Of a stretch of 54,296 bases of DNA, positions 36,921-49,454 are shown one piece after another. The notes beneath the pieces are model-generated. The model did no database searches and was not told the origin of the DNA. It was given only the letters and a program-made list of their open reading frames with translations. The first letter of the stretch is position 1. Every line of letters begins with the position of its first letter. The position numbers and the translations under genes were made by a program. The stretch is from Callorhinchus milii (Eukaryota), in contig NW_024705327.1 in NCBI RefSeq assembly GCF_018977255.1, forward strand, positions 1 through 54,296, written 5' to 3'.

Positions 36921-37227
36921 GAGATTGGATCGAGGTAAGACGGCTGCATGCAATGTCGTGGTACAAATGCTTGCATGAATGCAGAGGGTACGAGATTGTA
37001 ATTTGCATATAGATTAACATTACTAAAGTAATTTTACATTAGTAGCAATACTGGAGTAGGTATCATGTAAAATTTCTGACCAAAAATGGCAGGCAAAACA
37101 CAAACTGTTCTAACAACCTCACTTTTTGATTTGCACTATTTAAATATTCCTGAGCAGTACTGCTTAATTAATAATTCGATTTGTTGCCTGTTTAAAAAAA
37201 ATACTGGCATAGTTTTGAAGTTTAAAT

Positions 37228-37962
37228 CATAGAGCTTTGTTCGAGAACTCAGCTCCCACTTCACTACCACGGAACAATACAGTACCTGCAACACTGCGGA
37301 CACAGCACCGATCCACCGGCCGACCTCCTGCCCCCACTTACCATCACTTACCGAAAGAGACCCCAAGGTAATTAAACCCCTTCACTAAGGGCAGCTGTCC
37401 CCCCCTCACCTGGAGAGCACAATCCACCGCATCTCTGGAGTGAATAATGACCTCAGTTTTGGAGGTGCTGATCCTCATCCAAGCCACTTCACAATCGGCA
37501 TTAAACCGTTCAAGTGCACGCTGGAGATCACAGACTGACAAGGCAAAGACAACTTCATCTGCAAAAAGCAGCGACACCACCTCCCATACTGGATACTCTC
37601 CATACTATGGCTGCGCCTTGATATCCTGTCCATGAAAATCACAAACAGGAGTGGAGACAAGACACACCCTTGGCGGAGTCCAACACCCACAGTGAACGAC
37701 TTTGATTTAACACCAAGAATACAGACACAGCTCTAACTCTGGGAATAGAGGGACTGGATAGCGGACAAAAATGGCACCAGTACATCATACTCCAGCAGCA
37801 CCTCACACAAGACATTGCGTTATTTGTCTGGAACCTCCCCCAGACCTGCTCGCCAAGGGAGACCCTACCAGGAGTACAAGACTCCAAGCGATATAGCTCT
37901 GAGGGTCATTGGAACACAAAAAACCCACCACCACAATAAGGTTACGATCCCTCGGTGGGGGT
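37228..37962 (-). mobile_element. RTE clade (Rex3/Expander-like) LINE, internally deleted: 5' UTR joined to an RT fragment
   Basis: VGLRQGCVLSPLLFVIFMDRISRRS, SLLFADEVV, MRISTSKTE, FNYLGV and VVVKWELSSRTKL. Segment 37830-37962 resembles the Rex3-type 5' UTR (CCTTATTGTGGTGG...CCAATGACCC...GAGCTAT...CCTGGTAGGGTCTCCC). Confidence 0.85.
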
Positions 37963-38509
37963 GTTCTGTATCTATACTAAAGAAATATCAATCAGAATAA
38001 AAAAAAAAAACTAATTTAGGAGGGTTTTATATGTAATAATGAGCAGGTAATTTTAAGTCATGATTCAAAACGTCACACTTGTGGTCTTATCAAGTCAGTC
38101 ATGCTGTCTGATGTTGGGAACTTTTGTATAGTTCTCTGTTGTACGAGCATTACTCCTCACACAGCGGATTAGGTTTAGGAGCACCGCCGCTCCACCCAAG
38201 TCACCTTAATGCACCACCATTTTTCTATCCACATGCAATTCCACATTTCCTTGCCTGCGAATATTCAAACTATAAATTGTATGCATTTGCTTAAAGATGA
38301 GTGAGGGAAGTTAATCTGTCTGGTGGCCAGTGCTGGAAAAGTAATGCATTATCATGATTATGGTTGTTTACTCCATAAAGCCGAGTGTTAACTCTTTTCA
38401 GGAAAGTCCTGCAAAGTTTTCACAAGAGGGAGCTGTGTATTCCAATTGAGTCGCTTGCGCGTACATTTTCAGAATTGAAATGTTTGGCCAATGCCAGTTA
38501 CACCATTCG

Positions 38510-38658
38510 GATTTGAGAGGAAACTGAAACACCCAGAGGAAACTCATGCAGAACAGGGGGAGAACATACAAACCTCATACAGAAAGGTGCCCGAGTTAGG
38601 GATAAAACTCAGACTATTCTTGCTGTGAGGCACAGGCGTTACCACTGTGCCACCCTGC
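38510..38658 (-). mobile_element. V-SINE-like element (tRNA head and V core)
   Basis: Minus strand reads GGGTGGCACAGTGGTAACGCCTGTGCCTCACAGCAAGAA...GGTTTGTATGTTCTCCCCC...GAGTTTCCTCTGGGTGTTTCAGTTTCCTC. Confidence 0.75.
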
Positions 38659-38933
38659 TTGCCCAGTGACGAATATTTGAACTACTCAGGCCTGGCGTGT
38701 TTCTATAGGGCAGTCAGTTAAACTATCTAATTGGGTCCCCAAACAGCTCAGCGACAGGCGCAGTGTGCATGAGTTAACGTGTTAATTCCCCACAGCCATC
38801 CAGAGGATGCTGTGGGGAATTACTAATGCTTGAAAATTGTCCTAAAGCAGGCGTTAAAGACCCTGTTATAGCATTCACAAAAGTGAACCACTGTGCTCCC
38901 GGCATCATAGGTAAAATATGAACATGTACCTAA

Positions 38934-39268
38934 TCTATATATATAAAAGGGAAATTTGTGAATGTGTGTGTTCGAAATGTATAGCATACTTCCCAGCATG
39001 CAACAAACTTAAAATTTGGCATGTGGGTAGCTTCCAGACTGTACACAATGCAGAAAGTATAAAAATTGACTTTTGTATTTGGGGGGGGCGCAATGATATA
39101 TTTTGCACGGCAAGTGAGCGGTGACGTCACATCTGTGATGTCACCCGCATGCGGCAGCGTCACGCAGTGTGCCTGCTGACGTCATGCATCCACCCACCCT
39201 CCGCGTAGGACGTGTATTAATCCAAGACAAAAATCGAAGTCCCGGGCGAAGCCAGGTAGTAAAGCTAG
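38934..39268 (+). mobile_element. Non-autonomous Helitron, 335 bp
   Basis: 5' TCTATATATATAAAAG preceded by A; 3' GC hairpin CCCGGGCGAAGCCAGG then CTAG followed by T; no TSD. Confidence 0.85.
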
Positions 39269-39620
39269 TTATAGTATAAACTACAATATAAATGCCTCTC
39301 ATACAGGGGCGGTTTCTTCATTAGGGCGATTGAGCGACGCACCACCAATCTCATTAAACCACAGAGTTACGCTAGCCGTTACTGTGCCTCTGGATATAGT
39401 CCAATCAGCGTCATGTCACGTTCTGTGGAGTACCACCTCTTTTTGGGCGATTTCACTCTGGCTGAGAATCGCCCAGAGTGTTCCCATAGACTTACATTCA
39501 AAGATGTTTTTTTTCGAACGGCGGGCGCTGCAATGCATTCTCTATGGCTTCCGGGAGGGCTCGCACTAACGTGCTTACGTCATCATACGTAAGCACGTTT
39601 CAGTCAACAATATTATTTGT

Positions 39621-39633
39621 CGCCACCTAGTGG
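39621..39633 (-). promoter_or_regulatory. CTCF-like core motif
   Basis: Minus strand CCACTAGGTGGCG fits the CTCF core consensus. It lies beside DNA-transposon-like sequence; occupancy is unknown. Confidence 0.3.
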
Positions 39634-41049
39634 AATCTTTAATAAAAGATACTGAGTGGATTGTAATAATAGTGAGTATAGAAACAAACAAGATGTATTG
39701 TAAGAGTCACTTTATTTTTCATTAATATTAAAGAAGTGAAGTTGCCTTTACATGCTTAAGCTGTTAATGTATCCATTGCATGGGTGGACCTTATCCTTAT
39801 CAATCATCCAGACATTTGCCCCCCCTGAGAGATTTTGCAGGAGCCACCACTGCTCTCATATGATTTTATATTGGAGGCGATTGGTGGATCCTATTATCTA
39901 TGAAACGGTCCTTCTTCCGAGAACACGTGCTGTTAAGAAGGGCCGTTGCTATCACCTCGAAACGTTGCCTATTATGAATATATTAATTTCGTGTTAAATT
40001 TGTTTTGTTATTTATGCTTGTATATCACGATCATCAAATAATGAGTGATAGTTCTGCGGCTTGCTTAAGGGATTTAATGCAATTAAAAGGTAACCGACAT
40101 GTAGAGTGAATTCATACGACGATTTTTTAATATTCAAAGTTACCCTTCCAGTCCTAATTTATGCACTGTGGATACGTCCACTGATGTGGCACACGTGCCC
40201 CATTCAAGGCACTTTCATGCGACGATGTGCGCAGGTGCGCATGTGCTATTGTACAAACTTCACCATAAAAAGCAAACAGGCATGTACATGCATTGCAAAG
40301 AAACAGACATTCGCATAATTTCAAAGAGCAATGCCATATAACATATGCTTCCAGGCCTGTACTCTACAGAGACTGCTTCACTTTCCGGGAGCCATCCCAA
40401 ATAATCAATTTGTTTCATGAATTTCAGGGTGCTCACGTTTTCCCAAAGCACACACTTTGGATACGCTTTGAAATGAAATTCATTACTCAAACTACGTGAA
40501 AATAAAATATTGCCTGCTAATATATTCCATAGTTTATAAGGCCAAAGATTGTGATGATGATGGATGATAATGCACGGATACTTTTTGATGCCAACTATCT
40601 CCAAATTAACAAATATTGTGTATCACAACTAGAAATGTTCTATATCACTAAAAACTAATTTTAAATGTCAATGAGTACGCTATAGTAAGTTTTCACTAAC
40701 CAGTACAGAAATACTAGAGTTAACAATAACTTCACAAAGTTCTTGCACAATGGCTTGGTGTCAATTAAAACTCCTGCATTGGTCAATGAAGGATTATACC
40801 AATTCATGAAGATCAATTATCATTGTGCCTCGCCTTTGTAGACTATGAATAAACATTTGATCCAGTAGATATTGAGACAGTCATCAAGGTTCTCACAAAT
40901 CAGGGCTAAACAAGTATTTACAAAAACATAACATACATTAATATTCCTTGAAGTACCAAAAATACATTAAAAACATTTCAGCGATATTAGAAGATATTTT
41001 TCCTAAAAGTGAATTGTCGAAACTAAGGCATCAATTATAAATAAAGAAA

Positions 41050-41640
41050 ACACTGACCATCTCAGATTTGCTGATGACATTGTCATTATAACGTCTAATT
41101 GGAATGAGCGGCAAGGAAATGGTTGAATAACTTAATTAGTTTTTAAAAGCTGCAAAGTTGGGCACAATGGACTATGTATACTATTACAGGTAGACCGAAA
41201 TCAACATCGTGAAATAGAGAGGTGGTGGACGAGAGCAGGTTGGAGTGCTTTTGGGAAGCTAAAGTTGATTAGGAAAAGTATCACACTAATGTTCCTAAAG
41301 GAGAACGTTTTTCATCACTGCATACCACCAACTATGACGCATTTCAGAAACATCATCTCAAGCAAAACATTAAGGATCAAAAACTGAAAAGTGTGCAAAA
41401 GCAGCATAGAGAGATGCTTTCTTGGAATTACAATGAGAGGCATAATGATGAACATGTGAAATAGAGAACAATTGCAGGTAATTGACATCATTCAAAATGT
41501 TCATACAAGTAAATGGGCTGGAGCAGGATATGTAGCTAACAGGGATGATGGCCGACAGTCAAGAAAACAAATTAAGTCGCAGCCAAGAAATGGAACGAAT
41601 CCAAGAGGACATGGACTGATGAGATGAAGCGATTAAATCA
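41050..41640 (+). mobile_element. Highly degenerate RTE-clade LINE RT fragment
   Basis: DHLRFADDIVII, RAGWSAFGKL and KWAGAGYVA remnants with many stops and indels. Confidence 0.7.
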
Positions 41641-41898
41641 GTGCATGTGTTGGTACTAGATGGAGTATTACATCTTGAATAAGCATGGCTAATGATGAGT
41701 ATGATTAAAGCTCTTCTAGCCTATTCATGACTCCGTAGGCAGATTAGAAGTGGAAATGGCTGCATGTTAGATCCAGGGTGCCCCTATCTTTGGTAAAAGA
41801 AAACTGCTTTTTGTGTTCAGTTTGTTGTCCTTCCCCTGCACCTCGGATTTGTACGGTTGGCTACGTATGGTGCGAAAGAAGTTCAACATACATACAAA

Positions 41899-43011
41899 TG
41901 CACTTCTACACAACCATCATTGAGTCCATCCTCACCTCCTCCATCACCATCTGGTATGCTGCTGCCACTGCCAAGGACAAGAGCAGACTGCAGCGTATCA
42001 TCGGCACTGCTGAGAAGGTGATTGGCTGCAATCTGCCTACCCTCGAGGACCTGTACACCTCGAGGACCCTGAGGCGAGCGAGGAAGATTGTGGCCGACTC
42101 CTCCCACCCTGGACACTCTCTGTTCCAGCTACTCCCCTCCGGCAGAAGGCTGCGGTCCATCAGGACCAAAATCTCACGCCACAAAAACAGTGTCTTCCCA
42201 TCCGCTGCTGGTCTCTTCAACAAGGCCAGGGGCTCAAACTGACTTTAACACTCAAACTGACTTTAACGCTCAAACTGACTTTAACACTCAAACTGACTTT
42301 AACGCTCAAACTGACTTTAACGCTCAAACTGACTTTAACACTCAAACTGACTTTAACGCTCAAACTGACTTTAACGCTCAAACTGACTTTAACACTCAAA
42401 CTGACTTTAACACTCAAACTGACTTTAACGCTCAAACTGACTTTAACGCTCAAACTGACTTTAACACTCAAACTGACTTTAACGCTCAAACTGACTTTAA
42501 CGCTCAAACTGACTTTAACACTCAAACTGACTTTAACACTCAAACTGACTTTAACGCTCAAACTGACTTTAACGCTCAAACTGACTTTAACACTCAAACT
42601 GACTTTAACGCTCAAACTGACTTTAACACTCAAACTGACTTTAACGCTCAAACTGACTTTAACACTCAAACTGACTTTAACGCTCAAACTGACTTTAACA
42701 CTCAAACTGACTTTAACACAATATCTGCACAATGACACCCTACCATATTTGCACTATGTTACCCTATTTGCATTTTTGTAATTTTATATTGTATATTATA
42801 GCTATTGTATATTTTAGATTTTATTTTATTAAATTTTTACATACTTTGGCTCCTTAGTATTAGTTAGACTTGTACCTTTAGTATAGTTAGACTTGTAAAC
42901 CACTTATTTAAGATTTACGATTCCTATATGTTGAATGTATGCACCTTCCGGCCAAAGTAAATTCCTTGTCTGTGCGAACTTTCATGGCGAATAAAACCCT
43001 TTCTGATTCTG
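41899..43011 (+). mobile_element. 5'-truncated Rex1/Babar LINE (ORF2 C-terminus, 3' UTR with minisatellite, GATTCT tail)
   Basis: FYTTIIESILTSSITIWY...LQRII.TAEKVIG..LP...DSSHPGHSLFQLLPSGRR; 3' end CCAAAGTAAATTCCTTGT...GGCGAATAAAACCCTTTCTGATTCTGA. Confidence 0.9.
42232..42717 (+). repeat. Minisatellite: 27 x 18-bp (G/A)CTCAAACTGACTTTAAC
   Basis: 486 bp of tandem units differing only at one G/A position. Confidence 0.98.
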
Positions 43012-43290
43012 AAATGTAACGGTTATATAACACACACAGGCTCCAACTCGGCTATCCAGGTAATAACACTCCATTATGGCTTCTGAGCAGTACAAAATTA
43101 CACTTGCTGACAATTTTGCACAGAGGAGATAAAATTGGAGTATGCATCATATAGCCAGCAAAAATGTACTTTGTGGCAGTATTACTCTGTTTTGGGCTTG
43201 CAGGATTCACTTATGAGGCACATTTTACTGGCGCAAGCCAAAATGCATTTGCATTTCCTCACTTGATACAGTAAATTAAGCTGTGACGGT

Positions 43291-43424
43291 CCCACCTGAA
43301 GACAGAGACTTGTGTTGCCTCCGAAATGTCGTGATTTATTTGATTTATTTTCATGTATTATTATTTTATTTATTTATTGTTTTTTTTTCCTACGTGACTA
43401 TACCGAAAAAACCTAAGAGTATGC
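43291..43424 (+). mobile_element. Penelope pLTR fragment with degenerate hammerhead (43293-43333)
   Basis: CAC-CTGAAGA-CAGAGAC-TTGTGTT-GCCTCC-GAAA-TGTC-GTG, a T-rich tract, then CCTACGTGACTATACCGAAAAAACCTAAGAGTATG. Confidence 0.75.
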
Positions 43425-44005
43425 ATTTGCATCACACAAAGGTACTATTCAAGCCACACATTACAAGAGGGTTGGGTGTGTATTTTAAATGAAAGGTTCA
43501 AGCATTATTTGTGCTTTTACTGACATGGCTGTATATAAATATGTTAGCATAGTCCAATTTAACCCTGTACATTTCTCAGATAAAAAAAATTAGAACAAAT
43601 AAAAACTAGATCATGAAATGGACTTCCACGTCAAATGGCAAAAAAAGCTCCTCTTAAACTGTAAGCATGGGGAGTGCTGGCAATATGGCATGTAACCTGT
43701 TGAACTGAGTTGGATTTCCAGCCATTGCAAACATCAGTGGTGAGCAATAAACTGAAGCAGTCCTGCGTGCCCCATTCACCAAGCTGCCTTGACCACTGTA
43801 CAGTGGGTTAATAAAACAACCTTCACGAGCAACACAAAGAGTGGAGATGCATACATCCAGAAGTGGATTTACAAAGGGCTTTATATTACTTAATTTTTTC
43901 AAAGCAACAAAGAGAGGCGACAGCGCAATGCAACTCAGCCTTGGCGGATTTTTCTCAAGATCCTTCGGTTTTTCACTCCAGAATTCTTAAACATCCGTTT
44001 AGAAT

Positions 44006-44122
44006 ATTTGGCTGCTATAAAGTTCCAAATAAGCCACTTTGTTGAGCTATAATTTGTGGCTGGGCCACTTCTGAAAAACAGCTATATAGCTCAGTGGGCA
44101 TTAACTGGTAAAATAAAAAGTT
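44006..44122 (+). mobile_element. 3' fragment of the V-SINE-like family
   Basis: Aligns with 47205-47325 (TAAGCCACTTTGTTGAGCTAT...TATAGCTCAGTGGGC...CTGGTAAAATAAAAA). Confidence 0.75.
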
Positions 44123-45791
44123 TAGTTTGGTTTGCATGCACCTTTATAAGCTGAGACTGAGACCAGAGGCTCCACGAGCATCACCTTTTTTAATACAAGC
44201 TAAAATTTGTATGGGGACCTGGTTTGGTGAACCAAGTAGACTGTTCCATGCACATGAGGGTGTATCTGTTTGAATGGTTAGGTAGAAGTGGAGTTTGGAC
44301 TGCTGCCCAATCTCCACTTGAAAAATACAGCACCAACATTGCACTCTCAAAACTTTGAGTTTAATTATTTCTTCACATTTGGTCATACTCTTTCAGATGT
44401 TAGTTTGATTACAAATATTGCTTTACCTGTTCCATTTATACTTTCACTGAAAGCAACCTACCCTACAAATCAAGCTCTGTCGGCTTTTCATTTGTTTGAA
44501 ATGCAATGTATTTAGCTTATCGATTAATCTACTTTGTTATATAAAAACAACTGCCACTAAGAATCAAAGCTATTTGATTACAGTATTAAGGAAGCCATTT
44601 GAGAAGATGTTACAAATGCAGTGTAGCCTATTTGTGTCATAAGCACTGCAATTTAAACATACACTTCAATTTGATATTATTACTGAGGTCAGTACAATAC
44701 ATATTAAAGACACATTTGCACACACCACGAAATGCATTTTTCAGGGTTTATAATCTAACGGCATTATTTCTGAATTTGTTCTTGCTTTTCAGTAATCATT
44801 GCCAAACATCAGCTCAGTATATGCATCGGTCAAATATTTTTTTTTACAGGATATAAAAATATACAAACGAAAGCTTATCGAATACTGCTTGTATTAAGTT
44901 GTTTTGGCTTTTATTGTAAAATTCGTATCGTTTTATATATTTCAAACGATTCAAAGCAAGACAAAACGATGCTTATTTATATTTAAAATGCAAGACACAT
45001 AGCAGTGTTACATAAATGAACAAATAAGTTCAATGTTGATATTTATAATGACTGTCCAGTATATTATTTAACTTTTTCAATCTACTTCATAAGGTCTTTA
45101 ACCTATCACCGCAAAAGCCAAGGTAGTCTCTGATAACTACTGCCTCAAGCGTTCTGGTTCACAAGATAGACCAGGCACTGCCTACATTTAGATGTCACGT
45201 GTCACAAGCAATCAACGTCCTAATTTTCTGCATTTGCCTCGGCAGTCATGCACCACTGAACAAGGTGCTGTGTGTTTGTGGGGGGAAAAACAGTTCGGTG
45301 CTACGTGCGCGCACATAGGATCCACTACTCAACGTAGAAGTTTTGTCCGTTAGCTGGAATCCGCGCGAGGCACTGGATTGTGCCGATATCGGTTATGCAC
45401 ATCCAAAATGCGTGACAATCAGTAACAGCAATAGCGTGCCACTATCGTGCCATCAATATCATGGTCGTACATGTGCTATTAAAGCTCACATTAATAATGC
45501 AATGGCACATATTATTGCGCTGTCGTTTCAAGATTGTGATAACGTGGCCTGCCTGAATCGGGGGGAATTGCTTCATATTTACAATCCTGTGGCAATGCGG
45601 TGATTTTCTCAAGAGGGTAAAGAGTTTCAGATTAATTATTTTCCCAGCATACAAGTGCAGTAGCACAATACTAAGACCTATTTAGGGTTATTTACTTTGT
45701 ATTTTTAAAGTGACACTCAATGCAGTTAAAAAAGCATGATATATATGTAAAGTATTTATTAAGTTATAGCCTATGCAGCTGTGGTGCAGTT

Positions 45792-45899
45792 CAATCTAAA
45801 TTTGACGTTTTCGTGACTGCAGGGATCCATACTCTTTGGTTCTTTCTGTAAAGTCACGTAGGTTCCTACATCACTTTACCGAAAGAACCAAAGAGTATA
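45792..45899 (-). mobile_element. Short Penelope inverted-pLTR palindrome with tail and 11-bp TSD
   Basis: Arms 45829-45862 and 45865-45898 with a TT loop; tail on the minus strand ATGGATCCCTGCAGTCACGAAAACG; TSD GTGG(T/C)GCAGTT at 45781-45791 and 45900-45910. Confidence 0.88.
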
Positions 45900-47024
45900 G
45901 TGGCGCAGTTATTAGTATAATGCAGTCAAAACAGCAACCTGAGTTTGATTCCTGGCTACTGCCAACATCGGTAGTGAGTAATATTCTAACTGGTCCTGAT
46001 ATCCTCCTTTATGAACCTGCATTGACCAGCATGGTGAATCTTAAAAAACAACCCTGATGGCTGACATGGCGAGGAGATGCCTAAATCCAGCAGTGTTAAA
46101 AAAAGGTCAAGTTATTTTATTATTACTATTATTATATACCCAGTACTGAGGCGATAATGAGAAGTCTAACCCTGGCCTATTCTAATAATGCATCGCGATT
46201 TGATGAGAATGCCTGCATGGTAGAGCATTAAAGAGCAGCACACATAAGTGTGCATCATTTATCAGACACGGGGCCGCTAGACTTAAATGGTATATCTCGG
46301 TCGTGAACGCTGTCTCGCATCTGTCAGAAAAATAATCGAGGCAAGTGACAATTCTACACTGTTATGTTGAAGACAGTGTCGTCACCCGACTCAACTGTGC
46401 ATGGTGTAAGTGTTCAACTCCACCGGTGGTCCAAAGCTAGTGGCAGATTTTTCACATTTCTATGACAGGGGACATTCTATCCAAAGGCCAACCGATGACT
46501 TCCCTCAAAGTGGTACTATTATTGTATTGATCCAGAAGGATGATGGACCGAGTTGATTTCCGTACCAGATATTGGACTCACAGCTTTCTGATTGGAGTGG
46601 TCTACACCAGTGCCACGAGCATTACATATGAACATACTCAGTGTTCACGTTCAATTACATTTTTATGGCATTATTTGTGATCATCCGCTCATGAAGGGAT
46701 AACATTACACGTAGTGATGTCATCCATGCTACCATCGTTCTGCATTTTATTCAGCACTGCTCTCACATAAGCATGGCTTCAATGGCAACGTAAGCAATAC
46801 TTAACACAAGAATACTGACTAGGGTTGCGAAAACATTAAATATGCAAAAACATCACATTGTATCATTGGTATAAATGGTATGGCTTTCTTGCAACACTGA
46901 CGTCTAATCGAAGACTGGCCTTTCTGCCATCGATGACATCGTCTGCTCGAGAAGCATATGTGGGTTTGGCCACGTTTCTAGAATGGAGGACAAGTTTCCC
47001 CACACAGTGCTCTGCTTTAGTCCA

Positions 47025-47325
47025 CTCAGGCCACGGTGGTGAGATGTTAACTACCTCGCCTGGTGTGCAGTCGTGGGTTTGTTCCCAACTCTGACGACTG
47101 TATACGTATTTGGAGTTTGCATGTTCTCCCCGTGTTCACATGGATTTGTCTCCAGGTCATCTGGTTTTTCCATCCTCATTTAGAATCAACATGAGTTTAT
47201 AGTATTTGACTGTTATAAATTTCCATTTTATAAGCCACTTTGTTGAGCTATCATTTGTGGCCTGGTCGCTTCTAAAAAAGAGCGATATAGCTCAGTGGGC
47301 CTTACCTGGTAAAATAAAAACATTT
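47025..47325 (+). mobile_element. tRNA-derived V-SINE-like element (near full length)
   Basis: Head GGTGGTGAGATGTT...GGGTTTGTTCCC; V-core GGAGTTTGCATGTTCTCCCCGTG; 3' end CTGGTAAAATAAAAAC. Confidence 0.78.
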
Positions 47326-49454
47326 AATCGTTTTTAGCTTAGGACTTCGATTTTCCTCATCATGGCACCATCCGGTCAGCCATCTGAGGGGACTCGTGGG
47401 TTCGCCAGATCCGTCGTGACGCCGGCTAACCTTGAGGGAGGCCCTTTTCTACATCGCGTGAAACGGGGACCGCTCTGGTTGCCGCAATGGGGATTTCGTC
47501 GCTTATGTAACGATGGATGATGGGATTACCATTGCTAATACATTTTTCCTGAAATACTTTGTTTCCTGACAATATCTATGAAATAACAATTATTTAAGTT
47601 CATGAAAATAACTGACGTTTCGAAAAAGCACTAATTTCCATTAAATTAATACTTTGCCAAAACATTATATGCAGTATTTTATGGCATGGCAGTTACATGC
47701 CACCATAATGCTTGCCGTTCAGTTATTTATTTATTGTTTAACTAAACGCATTTAAGATGTTTTCATTATTAACAGTCTTTTGGTAGGCTTATGTTGAGTA
47801 AACTGCCAATCAATATTTTCGAAGAAATCTTAATTTGTACTTCAAGTACATCAATGCATAGAAATAAGATTATAACAATATTAAATATAATTACAAAGTT
47901 AAGGGAAACTGCGACAGCAATAATATTCATACTGTATTGTGACATGTAATTGCATATCATATCATATAGTGTGGTGACAGATTACATTGTGCAATCACTA
48001 CTTGCAACTCTCAATATAAAATACAGAGTGTGATAGCTATTTAGAGCTTTTGGTAGAAAATATGCATTTAAGCATTATCATTGATCATGGGAAACCATAT
48101 CCTGGAACTCACTAAATAAACAAAACATAAAGTAACTTCCGCAAGCCCTTGAGAGACTATACGATATTCAGCAATCATACAATATGCATGTAGCTATCAC
48201 CATTAAATGCACACCAAGATGCTGGAAAAAAACAAAAGCTATGATGTGTAAATAATTGAGATAAGCATCAGGTTTACTGTGGGGGGAAAAATATTAATTG
48301 ATACCTTGCATGCCTGTCAATACTAAAACACCATCTTCTTGTCATATACTACTGGCACGCTTTTGGTATTAGGATCACCTTCCACAGCTCAACACAGCGA
48401 CACCCAGCTCCGAACTGTGACAAAGAAATTGTGGTTATTTAGAAAAAAAATTCTCTCAGCTTCACACGAAGAACTGTCCTTGGAAATCATCTGATGGGAA
48501 CTTTTTAGCCACGGAAATTTTAAGGATGAAGTAATTGTTAGTTAACATTTTGATAGCAAACCAATGCATTTTCAAACTATTAATATACCTATTTGTTGAG
48601 CAAAAAAACCTGTTTAAGCCCCAACTTTAAAACAGAGAAAAATGTGTTTCTAAGGCAGTTATTGAGGCTAGATCAGCATATAAATTCTGAAATAATGCAT
48701 ATAACAATAGTAGGATAAAGTTTAAAGTTGACATAATAATGAGAACGAGCATAGCAATGTGTCTGAAGAAGAACAGTTTAAATCAGTGCATGCTGTCATC
48801 TATAACGTACAGATGAGCAACATGTACACAAACAAAGAGATAAGACACAACTGCAGAAACATCATATTGATAATTAAGAAGAGTAAATGGGCTTCGGCCA
48901 GACCCATCTCTGGCGATGGAACAAACCGGTGACAGAATGTATGTTGAACTTCTTCTATACCGTACGTAACCAACCGTGCTCATCAGAGTTGAGAGAATGG
49001 CAGCCTAAGGAGAGAATGAGTCCAAGAGGATTACTGCAGAGATAGAGTGATGCTATCAGTTGATCTGCAGGTGTAAGATGGATGGTAGCAGCGCTGGACA
49101 GTAAAAAATGGTGCGGCGTTTTTTTTTCCGCGGTGGAAAGACAACTCCTGATTAATAAATTGATATAAGATTGAAAACGAATTTCTTGAGAACTTATTTT
49201 TGTGGTTAGTTTGTCCTTCCCCCGCACCTCCGATTAACACGGTTGACTTTGTACGGTGCGATAAAAGTTCAACATATGATAGCAAATGTATGAAGCTAGA
49301 TTTGACGTGGAGAACCTAGAACAGAGTAGAGAATGAACAAGTCAGCATTAAATCTTGAATTAAAGTTTCGTGACTGCAGGAATTCATATTCTTTGGGTCT
49401 TTCGGTAAAGTGACGTAGATAGGTTCAAATTAATAAAATAAAATAAACAAAAAA

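Noticed and set aside
42088..42738. Repeat proteins (AQTDFN)n or (SVKVSL)n, and a CRISPR-like array
   Set aside because: Head-to-tail 18-bp tandem repeat with no spacers or cas genes; the frames are open only because the unit lacks stops in them.
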